From positions 8,789,670 through 8,853,669 of the forward strand of contig NC_068987.1 of the NCBI RefSeq assembly GCF_001194135.2: 64,000 nt of DNA, written 5' to 3'. Positions within the stretch are counted from its first letter, which is position 1, and the number at the start of each line of letters is the position of its first letter. The notes below the pieces were generated by a model. That model saw nothing but the letters and a program-made list of their open reading frames with translations, did no database searches and was not told the DNA's origin. Shown here piece after piece: positions 48,201 to 61,660 of this stretch. The position numbers and the translations under genes are program-made. The stretch comes from Octopus bimaculoides. Taxonomy: Eukaryota.

Positions 48201-51200
48201 AAAAATAGGCATAACTGTGTGATTAAAAAATTTGCATAGTAACCAAATGGTCTTCAGTTCAATTTGGATACATGGCACTCAAAGTAGCATGTGAGCACAC
48301 ATGTATGTATATATGCATGCATGTATGTATGCATTTGTTTGTACATTTGTGTATGTATGCATTAAGTTATCATTTCCACTTCTTTGCATGAGATCATCCA
48401 AATTAGAAATGGTGTAGTCATATTTACATTCCCAGGGAATATCATATCACATTGCTCTGTACTCTTGTAATAATAGAAAAAAAATTTTTAATCCTATTTT
48501 TGCAAACAGGTAATGGTTGGTGGCAAGAAGAACATCCAACCATAAAAATGCCAGCACAGAAAAATGGATATAAAAACATAAATTATTGTCAACAATAATA
48601 TTAAAAGTTGCACCAACTTTATGACATATTTAAGAGAAAAATGTAGGTAACACTATTGATTGAATCTAATTTTATGACTGATTCTTTCCGCATGATAGAT
48701 TTCCAGCTTTTATGATATTACACTGAACATATATCACAATCTATGATTGATTTCACCAACGGGAGAATATGAACTTATAACTACAAGTTAATGAAATAAG
48801 CTTTGGTCAGGTGATGTTCCAGCTACTTAAAACAAAGAGCTGCACTCCCACTACAGGTGAATTAGGCTATTGTAGGCTAGGTGTCTTTACCAAGGATATA
48901 GTGGGAGCTGACATTTAAACAGCTTTAGCATTATGTGATTGTTAGTCAATCTAAGAGTTCTAAGATCTTCTATAATAACACTGGAGTTAACATTATTGTT
49001 TGCAATAAAAGAAGAAATTTCAAAAAATTCCATACTGGCTAATAGCAATTCTTCATACTGAAAGGTGATGTAATAAGGCTTGTGTTCTACATAATAGGAG
49101 TGAAAATAAGTACAAAAAACTAGGAGGAATTGAATGAGATCACACCTAATCAACTTATGAAAGCAACTAAACTTTAAATGTTACACACATTCTGCTTTCT
49201 TGAAGGAAGAGTAAAAGATGATGCGAATATGAATGCATAGTCATGTCTTTTTTTTTTTTTTAATATTGTTTCCATGGAAACTGGAGTTACTTTCTACGGC
49301 TAGCAAGTATTTTAACAGTCATTGACAACCCAGCTTTTATGAGTTGAGTCTTAATTCCTACCTTATGGAGACTATGTATATGGCAATGAAAGCACTTTCT
49401 TCTTAATTAGAATCTTTGTTAGTCAAAAATTAGGCATCCCTAACACAGGGGATCAAGATAACTAGGAGAGGCGAGGGCAACAGATCTTCTAGGGGAGTGC
49501 AAATGGAACCAAATGTTAATTTGATGTCTGACAGATGAGATGCAGTGGGAGTGGCGACAAGATGAATGCAATGGGTGAGCTTAGGAGTGGGGAATAAATT
49601 AAGCAAGTTCAGAGAAACAGATTACCGAAATAAAGAGAGGTAAGCATTCAAGTCTGTCAATGTCATATAAAAAAAAAAATTTACTACAAAAATTACTTTA
49701 AAAGGAAAACTTTATATTGAAATTTTTAAAAAAATTAAATTATTACGGAGTTACCTATATGAGTCTGGAAACTGACTTAACTCTTTAGGTTGTTTAATAA
49801 ATGTTTCAATAAGCATTTTTCTTTCCACAATCGATATTTTATCAAAGAGAAACATAAAAAAAATTAAACACTCACATACATTCTTTTCTACTCTAAGCAC
49901 AAGGCTTGAAATTTTTGGGGAGGTGGGGGCCAGTTGATTAGATCGACTCCAGTATGCAACTGGTACTTAATTCATCGACCCTGAAAGGATGAAAGGCAAA
50001 GTCGACCTCAGCAGAATTTGAACTTAGAACATAAAAACAGACAAAATACCGCTAAGCATTTCACCGTGCTAACGTTTCTGCCAGCTCACCGCCTTAAAAG
50101 CTCACATATATTAATTAAATGAAAATAACAATTTAAGACAGTGAATTAGAGCAGAGTTTTAGTATTATATATAGCATATATTTCTAAGTTTAAGTCCTAT
50201 CAGGCCTAATACAATCTATCATACTGTACAAATTAGATAATATACAGTCTAGGTACATAATAAAATAATTAAATGGATGGTAACTGATACTATTTACATA
50301 ACATCAGTGTGATATATCAATAGGAAAAAATATGAAAATAAAGCCGTTAACAAGCTATACTATTACAAGAATGAATAAATACATAAATGTTTATTTGCCA
50401 CTGATGAAGTACTAATCCCTTCAGGAATCAATATAAAATAATATCTATAATTTGGCATTTTAAAGATACTATTTATTCATGATTAGTCAGGGACTTCATG
50501 ATAAGCTGTTAGACTTCGTGACACCAGTTCAAGTTTGGTAATGGTCAGCTTGACATTTTGTGTGTATTTTTTTCCTTTCTTTGTGTTGGCGATTCAAAAA
50601 TCAATAACATTCTTTAGTATACTTTATTTGATGGCATAAAAGATGCACAGACATATTATAAGCACCCAAATTTCAGCAGCATATATTCAAGAAAAGAGTG
50701 CCAGGGATAAATTTAGCTTATGGGAGACCTAACTTTGCATACAAGACCCAGGATGATTTGAGATGTTAATTCAAATCTGCTACAGACTTTTCATTGTATT
50801 TCTGAGCAAAGCATTTAGTTCCATATGTCCCAATTCTATTTGAAATAAATGAGATTCTACAGTAAACATTTAATAGAACCAGTCACTTTTTTAAATGGAT
50901 TCCTCTTATTACAAACAATTACACTATGGAGCCATTCAAAAACACATGAAAATAGTTGACTTCATTTGGTGTCAAAACATTTGTTACACTATCTGTGATG
51001 TGGTTACTGATACACTTCCACAGCAACAGACGAATTGCAGTGGAACCATGTCAGTGCCAGGTGGAAACTGGTATGACAAAAATTCTGATACCAAAGAATA
51101 AACGTTTAAGTGAAGTTAACAGTCTTTGCATGTGTTTTTGAATGAATAATGAGTCTTCCATGGTGTAATTGTTTTAGCTTCAACACAGTCTCAGACAAAA

Positions 51201-53164
51201 TTACTTGCAAGGCAAGTTCATTTCTAAAATCTTATTACAAAGATCAACCAATTTATCATTTTACTTCCAACTGAATAAGATACACATATTTATCCCACCA
51301 CCATCACCATTTTTATCTTTAAAATAAAATAATATATTTAGCAATACAATAATATGAATTTTGTTTAGAAAGAAATGTAATTCCTAAACTGTTTGTGTTC
51401 ATAGCATTCTAAGAAAATAATGTTACCTTTAAAATAAACTATTCTAGGCTAACATTTGAAACCAGAATAGTTTGAACTAAAGAATTAATTCTTTTATTTG
51501 TTTCAGTCATTTGAAAGTGGCCATGCTGGAGCACCACCTTTAGTTGAACAAATCGCCTCCCAGGATTTATTCTTTGTAAGCCTAGTACTTATTCCACCGG
51601 TCTCTTTTGCCAAACCGCTAAGTTACTGGGGACATAAACACACCAAGAAGACACTTGCCCAAAGTGCCATGCAGTGGAACTGAACCCAGAACCACATGGT
51701 TGGGAAGCAAACTTCTTATCACACAGCCATGTCTGCACCTAATGGGAGCAGATTATTTTTTAAAGATCTCTACATTTCCATGATGGTAAGTAGATGAGAC
51801 CAATCTTCTGGATAAGCACACCAATATATCAGAGAAAACTTCCTCATGAGTGGAAATGAACTTAACCAATAATGAAAGATTCTACATAAATAGGTTGTAG
51901 TCTGTCTAGATAAACAGCATCGTCATTTAAAACACATTCTCTCATGCTTGCTGAGCAAAACATTTAGATATTTTCTTCAATTAAAATTTAGATCGAACAG
52001 CTTGAAAAAATTTTGTGTGCTTAACAGTGTTGAAAAAAACATAAAAAAAGGGAAATTAATAAGTGAGTTCCTTAGCAGCTGTTTATTTTCCTTTAATTCC
52101 ATATTTGTGGGTATTGTGGGGCCAACAAAAACTACTGGGATCTTTATAGTTGACGAAATCCCAATCCTCACACACACAGATTTCATGAGGGTCGTTGCTT
52201 TTTCAGCAATAATTTTTGTTTGTATTGTAATGTAAAATTATTCCTCAGCGATTTTATCAGTAAGAAATGTAACAAAATAAAATAGTTCTGGAGTTAGATT
52301 TAGATATATTTGTGTGTCTATATCTGAATATATCATTATATTTCCACATAGATATCAAGGGAAAAAAGTGATGCTAGAGAAGTAAGGGAGAGAACAAATT
52401 GAAAAAAAAGTTACTAATTTTATGTTTATTTCCCTTAGCTTGTAAACTACGAAATTCTTAGGCAAATAAAAACAATGTAAATTATATCTGATATAAGAAG
52501 CAAACAACACTCACCACAAAGTGGTTTATTGATTGGAAGGAAAAAACAAAGACTTTAAAAAACAATTTATGTAACTCATTGAATTATCTAAAATTTCAAA
52601 AAAATTCTTTAAAAAAAAAAAAATAAATAAAACAAAAGATTGTTTGATGGATAAAGCTGGAAGGTTTGTGGCTCGCAAGGAAATGTAGACATTACATAAA
52701 AGAAAAGAAAAAAACGTGTGCTTCAGATTGTTTATGTATTTGGTTCTGTTTCACTAGTGTAGTTGGGTGGGTAGTGACGATTTTATGGGGCAGCACCTTT
52801 GGGTCTGCTATCAATAAGTCAGACAAAGTTGTTCCAAGTAGCATATACTGTAGATGTGCCACTGTTTGGTCTATATACTATTTATCTAATGCTAATGTTT
52901 ACATACAATATACAGAAATTCATTTTTTTGAACAAGTCTACATTGATAACAGCTTGATACTTAAAAAAAAATTAAGTGCAAAGATCATTGACTTGTGAAC
53001 ATAAAAAGAAAAATGTTATTTTAACATTCACAATCAGTATAAGAAATGTAGCTGCCCTGATTTTCCATTTCCTTTGATTTGAAACCAAGAATTTATACAA
53101 GAGTTTAATGCAGGCTTAGCTGTTTAGTTGCCATTCATTGAGGAACAAATACAAAGAATAGAAA

Positions 53165-53552
53165 GTTGTTGTTGGCACTCCATTGCTTACGACGTCGAGG
53201 GTTCCAGTTGATCCGATCAACAGAACAGCCTGCTCGTGAAATTAACGTGCAAGTGGCTGAGCACTCCACAGACACATGTACCCTTAACGTAGTTCTCGGG
53301 GATATTCAGTGTGACACAGTGTGACAAGGCTGGCCCCTTTGAAATACAGGTACAACAGAGACAGGAAGTAAGAGTGAGAGAAAGTTGGGGCGAAAGAGTA
53401 CAACAGGGTTCACCACCATCCCCTGCCGGAGCCTCACGGCGCTTTAGGTGTTTTCGCTCAATAAACACTCACAACACCCAGTCTGGGAATTGAAACCGCG
53501 ATCCTATGACCGCGAGTTCATTGCCCTAACCACTGGGCCATTGCGCCTCCAC
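53165..53552 (-). mobile_element. SINE family C, full length
   Basis: Reverse complement of 24945-25317; 14-bp TSD with one mismatch (acaaagaatagaaa 53151-53164, acaaagattagaaa 53553-53566). Confidence 0.92.
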
Positions 53553-53611
53553 ACAAAGATTAGAAAGATAAGTTAGGATGTTCATGTGTTAAAAGCCAAC
53601 TACCATGAGGC

Positions 53612-53810
53612 CCTGTTTAATCCTTTTTACACCACATTTATTTCAACTAATTTTGAAAATAATAAAGTTTAATAAAATATCTTGGTTATTATGAAGCTGG
53701 TAATTGGAACATAAATTAACATTAGATTTTAATTTAATTCACTTTATATAGGATGTTTGTATCATAGAAGCAGGGGGCAGTCTTGGGTGGGTTGGTATCC
53801 AAAGGGTTAC
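53612..53810. mobile_element. Degenerate piggyBac-like MITE
   Basis: ttaatcctttttacacca ... ttggtatccaaagggttac: eroded TIRs of the same CCCTTT type. Confidence 0.45.
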
Positions 53811-54536
53811 ATATGAGTATTAAAAAAGAATTGTGAAAGGCCCACATGAAATAAAAAAAAAATTATCTTCACTAATGGATTAATATTTAAATAAGAAACG
53901 CCGTCACCTACGAATACATTACTAAGAAGCAAATAGCTGGTCTACCATATGAGACTTATTTTCAAATATAAAAGGGAAATTAAACCGAAATTCACTGTGA
54001 ATTTACCTTATAAGCAAAAAGTACATGGGTGAAAAAGTACATGTTTGTGTGGTTAAGAAGCTTGCTTTGAAACTGCATGGTTTTAGGTTCAACCCCACTA
54101 AGTGGCACCTTAAACAAGTGCCTTCTACTATAGCTGGGGTCAACCAATGCCTTGTGAGTGGATATGGCAGGCAGAAACTGTAGGGAAGCCCATCATATGT
54201 GCATGTATGTGTATGTGTGCACACGTATATGCACACATCTTTGCAGTTGTGTTAATCCCTCCCCACCACCACCCCTTGACAACTACTGATGGTTTGTTTA
54301 CACCTTCATAATCCAGCAGTTCAACAAAATGACTAATAGAGTAAATACCAGATTTTAACAAAAAAAAAAAAAAAAAAAAACACCGGGAGTGATTTGCTTC
54401 ATTAAAATCTGCCTCAGTATGACCTCAATCCAATGATTGAAACAAGTAAAATATAAAAGACAGACGATAATCCTCAGAAAGTACATTTTTAAGAATAATC
54501 CTGAGGCGTATCAGTATATTCTACAGATTCCTCACC

Positions 54537-54950
54537 AGGCGCAGAAGTGGCTGTGTGGTAAGTAGCTTGCTTACCAACCACATGGTTCCGGGTTCAGTCC
54601 CACTGCGTGGCACCTTGGGCAAGTGTCTTCTACTATAGCCTTGGGCTGACCAAAGCCTTGTGAGTGGATTTGGTAGACGGAAACTGAAAGAAGCCCGTCG
54701 TATATATGTGTGTTTGTGTGTCTGTGTTTGTGTGTCTGTGTTTGTGTGTCTGTGTTTGTCCCCACTAGCATCGCTTGACAACCGATGCTGGTGTGTTTAC
54801 GTCCCCGTAACTTAGCGGTTCGGCAAAAAGAGACCGATAGAATAAATACTAGGCTTCCAAAGAATAAGTCCTGGGGTCGATTTTCTCGACTAAAGGCGGT
54901 GCTCCAGCATGGCCACAGTCAAATGACTGAAACAAGTAAAAGAGTAAAAG
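54537..54950 (+). mobile_element. SINE family B (tail B1), youngest-looking copy, with internal (TA/TG) microsatellite
   Basis: tRNA-like head aggcgcagaagtggctgtgtggtaag...ggttcagtccc, central tatatatgtgtgtttgtgtgtctg repeat, tail ...tgactgaaacaagtaaaagag. About 20 further full or partial copies, e.g. 7150-7580, 12357-12810, 17905-18222(-), 22020-22435(-), 24077-24470, 30670-30985(-), 37960-38280(-), 51495-51740(-), 54045-54440. Confidence 0.92.
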
Positions 54951-55377
54951 AGAGAGTAAAACTTACTCAAAAGTGTTATTAATAAAAGAACTGAAGAATT
55001 AGTAATAACCCATATGTTAGGAAAAGGTTCTTCAAAAGGATAAAATGAATGAACTCTAATAAGATAAACAAACATCGTAAAGCTCTAATGGATGCAAAAT
55101 ATCGAAAGGATGGTTAATACATATGGTGTGAGGAAGGAAATCACATATGCTTATGGAATGAAATGTCAATTTAACAAAGACCTATAGCGGAAAATCTGGA
55201 AAAATTAGAGAAACAGTACTCCATGTAGCTTTTACATGTAACATGTAGTCCTTGACTTTACTGATAGCTAAATCTGGTATCAGTTTCATATGGTTGGTAT
55301 TAACGAGCAATTGAATTTAAATGAATTTAAATGTCTTTAAATTGTGCTAATTATACAATAGCCGTGTGTTTTGTGCA

Positions 55378-56060
55378 TTAACACCCTTCATTTCCATGCA
55401 CCCATTCATCTCTGCCCACAATTCCTTGGAAGGTTTTTGGAGTAGAGTCCTCAGACACCTCCTCCATAGGAAGAGCCCTATCAGAAGCAACCACCATTAG
55501 ACTTTCTGGCTGGATTCCCAAGCATGACCAACTGAGACTATGGATATTATTCAACCATCTCATTCTTGGTCTACCCCTTAAGTCTCCTGTTGTTTGGCTC
55601 AGCTTGAAGAATTTGTCTTGCAGTCTTTTCCTATGACATTCTAATCACATGTCCCATAGTACAAGAGCTGTGACCTCCCAATGCAAAGAAGTAGCAGTTC
55701 AAACCACAGAGACTCCCTGATCTCCGAGCAAGGCACTCAGTCAAGTAACGTTACTGCAGAGATCCTTTGGAAGAACCCCATTTTGATCACTTGTATTTTT
55801 GATTCTACTCTTTCTGTTATTACCCAACATCCATGACCATAGGTGACGACGGACAGGTATGAAAACCAAATTGAAGGTAGAGAGTTTGGCCTTTATTCCA
55901 ATCTCTTCTCTTTTGAGGATCAAAAGATGGAGCTGGTGCATCACTGCATCAGTACCTGCAATTCAAGCATCCAGTCCAGCCTCTTGTTTCCCATTACTCA
56001 CGATTATGGCAGCCCCGAGATACTTAGACTTCTTGCCTCAATGACGTTCCACTAACAAGC
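55378..56060 (-). mobile_element. RTE (Expander/Rex3-like) LINE 3' fragment, decayed
   Basis: KYLGAAIIVSNGKQEAGLDA*IAGTDAVMHQLHLLILKREEIGIKAKLSTF...; homologous short remnant at about 33755-33905. Confidence 0.8.
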
Positions 56061-56655
56061 AGAGTGTACTCACAAGACTGTTCTTCAGGTATTTTCGAAA
56101 TCCATATTCCAATCTGTCCTGGGATGGTGTTCAAAAGAGTGTTAGACTAATGTCTGTGACAGTCAAACTTACATATTAGAACCATTGACTTGGAGCCTTT
56201 CTTCTTGCTTGTTATCCCTCCCACCATCTCACACAGCATTTCTGTTCTTTACCAAAACTTAAAAACACAGACAGATAAATTGATAGAATCTTTTTACAGG
56301 AAATTCAGAGTAACGTTTTTTTTTTTTTTTTTTTAAATTATTTTATTTATTTATGTTTTCTAGTCTGACACTGCTGTACAGATATCTGCAAAGTACATTA
56401 AGATATTTCAAAAGAAAATGTAAGGAAACTGAGAGAATACAATACCAGTCCTGAATTGATTTCCTTGGTATTTTGAGATGAGTGGGTAGAGGAAATCGGA
56501 TTCCTCTTAGTTTCAAGTTCATTGGAGTAGATAAAATCTTTAACGTTCAATAATATATAATACCAACAAAGTACTCTTCATCTTCAATTATTCTAGGCTT
56601 CCCCACCTATAACTTATTTACCATATTTTTTCTTTTTACTCTTCAACATATATAC

Positions 56656-57631
56656 NNNNNNNNNNNNNNNNNNNNNNNNNNNNNNNNNNNNNNNNNNNNN
56701 NNNNNNNNNNNNNNNNNNNNNNNNNNNNNNNNNNNNNNNNNNNNNNNNNNNNNNNNNNNNNNNNNNNNNNNNNNNNNNNNNNNNNNNNNNNNNNNNNNNN
56801 NNNNNNNNNNNNNNNNNNNNNNNNNNNNNNNNNNNNNNNNNNNNNNNNNNNNNNNNNNNNNNNNNNNNNNNNNNNNNNNNNNNNNNNNNNNNNNNNNNNN
56901 NNNNNNNNNNNNNNNNNNNNNNNNNNNNNNNNNNNNNNNNNNNNNNNNNNNNNNNNNNNNNNNNNNNNNNNNNNNNNNNNNNNNNNNNNNNNNNNNNNNN
57001 NNNNNNNNNNNNNNNNNNNNNNNNNNNNNNNNNNNNNNNNNNNNNNNNNNNNNNNNNNNNNNNNNNNNNNNNNNNNNNNNNNNNNNNNNNNNNNNNNNNN
57101 NNNNNNNNNNNNNNNNNNNNNNNNNNNNNNNNNNNNNNNNNNNNNNNNNNNNNNNNNNNNNNNNNNNNNNNNNNNNNNNNNNNNNNNNNNNNNNNNNNNN
57201 NNNNNNNNNNNNNNNNNNNNNNNNNNNNNNNNNNNNNNNNNNNNNNNNNNNNNNNNNNNNNNNNNNNNNNNNNNNNNNNNNNNNNNNNNNNNNNNNNNNN
57301 NNNNNNNNNNNNNNNNNNNNNNNNNNNNNNNNNNNNNNNNNNNNNNNNNNNNNNNNNNNNNNNNNNNNNNNNNNNNNNNNNNNNNNNNNNNNNNNNNNNN
57401 NNNNNNNNNNNNNNNNNNNNNNNNNNNNNNNNNNNNNNNNNNNNNNNNNNNNNNNNNNNNNNNNNNNNNNNNNNNNNNNNNNNNNNNNNNNNNNNNNNNN
57501 NNNNNNNNNNNNNNNNNNNNNNNNNNNNNNNNNNNNNNNNNNNNNNNNNNNNNNNNNNNNNNNNNNNNNNNNNNNNNNNNNNNNNNNNNNNNNNNNNNNN
57601 NNNNNNNNNNNNNNNNNNNNNNNNNNNNNNN
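56656..57631. other. Assembly gap (N run); smaller gaps at 7437-7446, 14095-14178 and 16382-16512
   Basis: N characters in the sequence. Confidence 1.
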
Positions 57632-59721
57632 TAATCTTTTACTTTTAAAAAAGAGAACCACTATCAAATCATTGCTTCAGAAGGTAGTCATTATATAATT
57701 GAATCTAATAGGAAAAAACCAAAACCAAAACCAAAACCGAAAAAAAAAAAAAAAAAAAAAACCCCCAATTCTTTACTTCCTTTCTTTATAGTACAATAAC
57801 TGACCTATCTGCTGTTAGGCTTTAAATTCTGACAATCATTTGTTATGTTCCATTTATGTGATACTATGACTCATTCCAACTAAAAGCAGGAGACAACCAA
57901 GCCAGTAAGACGGTTTCTGTTTAGTTTCTGAAACTCTTCAACGTTAGAACCTAAATAGATTTATCTTGGAAAACTTTTTATCACCACTAAAATGCTGGCT
58001 ATGTTTTAAATCAAAAATCTCAAGACAGCTTGTCTAAAATGAAAGAACAAATGACCATGATTTGAAGGCTGGTGGGACAATGAAAAATTCAACTAAACTG
58101 ATATGCCAAACCCATTTGCAATTTGGACTGGTGTAAAGTATGGATTGTCCAAATGCATTGAGTTGGTACTCAATGCATTTGGACAGTTCATAATTTATTG
58201 CTTTGTGCGGGTGACACGTAAAAGCACCCACTACACTCTCTGAGTGGTTGGCGTTAGGAAGGGCATCCAGCTGTAGAAACTCTGCCAAATCAGACTGGAG
58301 CCTGGTGTTGCCATCCGGTTTCACCAGTCCTCAGTCAAATCGTCCAACCCATGCTAGCATGGAAAGCGGACGTTAAACGATGATGATGTTTCAGTAGAAT
58401 CAACTTGAAATATTCATTAACACTGTCAAAAGAATGCAAATGATATAGTCTTGAGTGTCTGGAAACATAGAAATTATATAAGCTTTTCAGTTTGTCAAAG
58501 AAAGCAAAGAAGAAATTCAAATAAGACAAGTTTGCATGAATACAAACACACACTCTCTCTTTCTCACACACAAACACACACACACAAATGTAACTTTTCA
58601 CCTTGTTCATACAAAAACAGTGGAGGCGCAATGGCCCAGTGGTTAGAGCAGCAGACTCGCGGTCATAGGATCGCGGTTTCAATTCCCAGACCGGGCGTTG
58701 TGAGTGTTTATTGAGCGAAAACACCATGTTTGTGTGTCTGTGTTTGTCCACCTGTCATCATAGCTTGACAACAGATGTTGGTGTGTTTATGTCACCATAA
58801 CATAGTGGTTCAGTAAAATAGACCAATAGAATATACAGAAGAAACTTGTCACCTACGAATACATTTCTAAGAAGCAAATAGATAGTCTACCATATGAGAC
58901 TTATTTTCAAATATAAAAGGGAAATTAAACCGGAATTCACTGTAAATTTACCTTATAGCAAGTACATGGGTGAAAAAGTACATGGTTGTGTGGTTAAGAA
59001 GCTTGCTTTGAAACTACATGATTTTAGGTTCAAACCCCACTGAGTGGCGTCTTGAACAAGTGTCTTCTACTACAGCTCTGGGACACCCAATGCCTTGTGA
59101 TTTGATTTGGCAGGCAGAAACTGTGGGGAGGCCCATCATATATAAAGCTGATAGAATAAGTACCAATCAAGTACCAGGGGTTAATATTATCAACTTGCAC
59201 CTTTCTCTCAAAATTGCTGGCTGTTTACCAAAACTAGAAAGGAAAAAAATAATAATATTGTGATAGACTCAATTAACAATACAATTCTCTTAAAAAAATT
59301 GGCACTGTGCCTCCGAAACCAATTAATATGAAATATAGTATGAATATTAAACAAGTACTTTAAAATCAAATGCAGACTATTATTATTTAGGGTGATTAAT
59401 TTATCACACACACACACACACACACACAATGCACTTGGTAATTCAGATCTGCAAAGCAGACAAATGGTAAGTTTGCCAAAGTTGTACTTTGCATGCTGAC
59501 AAAGCAAATATTGACAGGTAATATATGTGAAAATTAATTGCAACAAATGTAACAGCAGTTAAATATATGGAAAATATGACTCAATATTGATAGAAAGTAA
59601 TATTTATCGAGTTTTTACCAGACGATGCAGTTTTGAAGTTTCTGTTAGAGGCTAGTCAAGAACAGATTATATATTCAAAATAAACATCAATTGCTAGTTT
59701 ATTTCCATTGCAATCCCATTA

Positions 59722-60187
59722 CATCATCATCATCTTCATCATCCTGTGTTTTAAATCTGGGTTTTGTTCCCATTAACGGGGGTGGCCGGATCTACCTCAA
59801 TGCCATAGCAACCACCCACACACCATCTCACCCAGTTTTGGGCATTCTCCCTTCTCAAGCCAAACCTCCCAATCTCCTCCTCCACCTGTCCCCTCCACGT
59901 TTCCCTTGGCCTACCTCGTTTTCTCAGTCCATTTACCCCAAACTCAAGCACCCTCCTCAGAACATGCTCCTGGTCCCTCCTCAACACATGCCCATCTCAC
60001 CGCACTCCATTCGCCCTTGCCAGCTGTTCTACCAATTCCTCCAATCCCAGCATCCCCATCAAGTCCTCAGTCCTCCTCTTATCAAGCAGCTTCACACCAC
60101 ACATTTCTCTCACCATTGCTCTCTCGGTCCTTCTCAAAATAACTATCTCTCTATCCCTCAGACACCATGTCTCACTCCCATTGCATC
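59722..60187 (-). mobile_element. RTE LINE 3' fragment, lightly decayed
   Basis: GSETWCLRDREIVILRRTERAMVREMCGVKLLDKRRTEDLMGMLGL...*DGHVLRRDQEHVLRRVLEFGVNGLRKRGRPRETW, ending in (GAT)n. Confidence 0.9.
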
Positions 60188-60484
60188 TTTCTGTGTATCT
60201 ACCATAATGAAAATGAGAAACAGAGAAACATTAACTAGAATATGTTTTCTGTTATAATATTCTATATTATGCAACAAAGAGATGTTCTGTTCTTTCAGAT
60301 ACAGACATTATTAATTAGATAAATGAAAATAGAAAATTATATGTATACAAAATAAAATAATGTGGAAAGTACTTTTTATAAAACACCATGCAAAAATTAT
60401 AGAAGACATAATTCACTTTGTTTCACCATTTCCAAACTAAATATGATGTTTGCCACAAAGCAAGAAGTACAAGCAAGACTACAA

Positions 60485-60700
60485 CAGTGTTTCTATCTCC
60501 AGTTAATGTTACCGCATTTAATTTATATCAGAAGAGTTTAAGACTAGCTATCCATGGGAATTGCTGTATGTCGGCAACCTAGTCTTCTAACTGAACCAAA
60601 GATTTAGAAATAAAGGAAAGCCGATATTCAAGAGGCTTCAAAATAAAATTAGCAAAGACAGAAGTCTTAGTTACTAGAAGACAAGGGCAGAAGTGCTAAA
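60485..60700 (+). mobile_element. Decayed RTE reverse-transcriptase remnant
   Basis: EEFKTSYPWELLYVGNLV resembles the RTE motif CPWELLYADDLV. Confidence 0.65.
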
Positions 60701-61284
60701 ATCTGATGCCAGGATGCTGAAACTCGTAAAGGAGATCACAAGTGACCATAACAAGTAGTAAGATGCTGTGTTGGAGAAGACCTGGCCAACCCATGCGATT
60801 ATGTCAAAATGGATGCAAAAATGTCAATAGCAATGACAATAATAATACACACACATACACACACATGCACGCACGCACGCATGCACACCTTGTGACTGGG
60901 TTAAACACGCAACAAGTAGAGAGACCTCAAAATATCCAGCAGAATAGATGTGATCTTTGAATAGTACTTAAGCATGTAGTAAGTCTCAAGTGCAGCATAA
61001 AGATCACACAAACATTTTGTCAGATATGAAACTGCTTAATAACTTAAGAAGAAAACAGAATATTTATATAGATAATTAGAGATTAAAAGATACTTTTTCT
61101 TTGATAAAAAGAAGAAACGCTACCGAAACTTTACTTGAGATGTAGTCATTTTGGAATATAAAACAACATTAATTGCAATTAATATGTATGTACAAGTTTC
61201 CAGGAATGTGTTCAATCTGTAAAATTGGTCTATCCAATAGAGTTACACTGCTAAACTTAGTGGTTATTTAAGAAATGTATTCAT

Positions 61285-61660
61285 AGGCGCAGGCATAGCT
61301 GTGTGGTAAGTAGCTAGCTTCCCAACCACATGATTCCAGGTTCAGTCCTACTGCGTGGCACCTTGGGCAAGTGTCTCCTGCTATAGCCTCGGGCCGACCA
61401 AAGCCTTGTGAGTGGATTTGGTAGATGGAAACTGAAAGAAGCCCAATTTATATATGTATATGTTTGTGTGCTTGTCCCCCCACCATCACTTGACAACCGA
61501 TGTTGGTGTGTTTACATCCCCGTCACTTAGCCGTTCGGCAAAAAGAGACCAGTAGGATAAGTACTAGGCTTACAAAGAATAAGTTCTGGGGTCGATTTCT
61601 TCGACTAAAGGTGGTGCTCCAGCATGGCCACAGTCAAATGACTGAAACAAGTAAAAGAAA
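61285..61660 (+). mobile_element. SINE family B (B1), near full length
   Basis: High similarity to 54537-54950 along its whole length. Confidence 0.9.

Noticed and set aside
51948-52998. ORFs 51948-52235, 51977-52186 and 52666-52998
   Set aside because: No recognisable domain, no consistent splice boundaries, AT-rich chance composition.
56636-57667. 343-aa ORF and other X-rich ORFs (14012-14304, 16271-16678)
   Set aside because: They only span N gaps.
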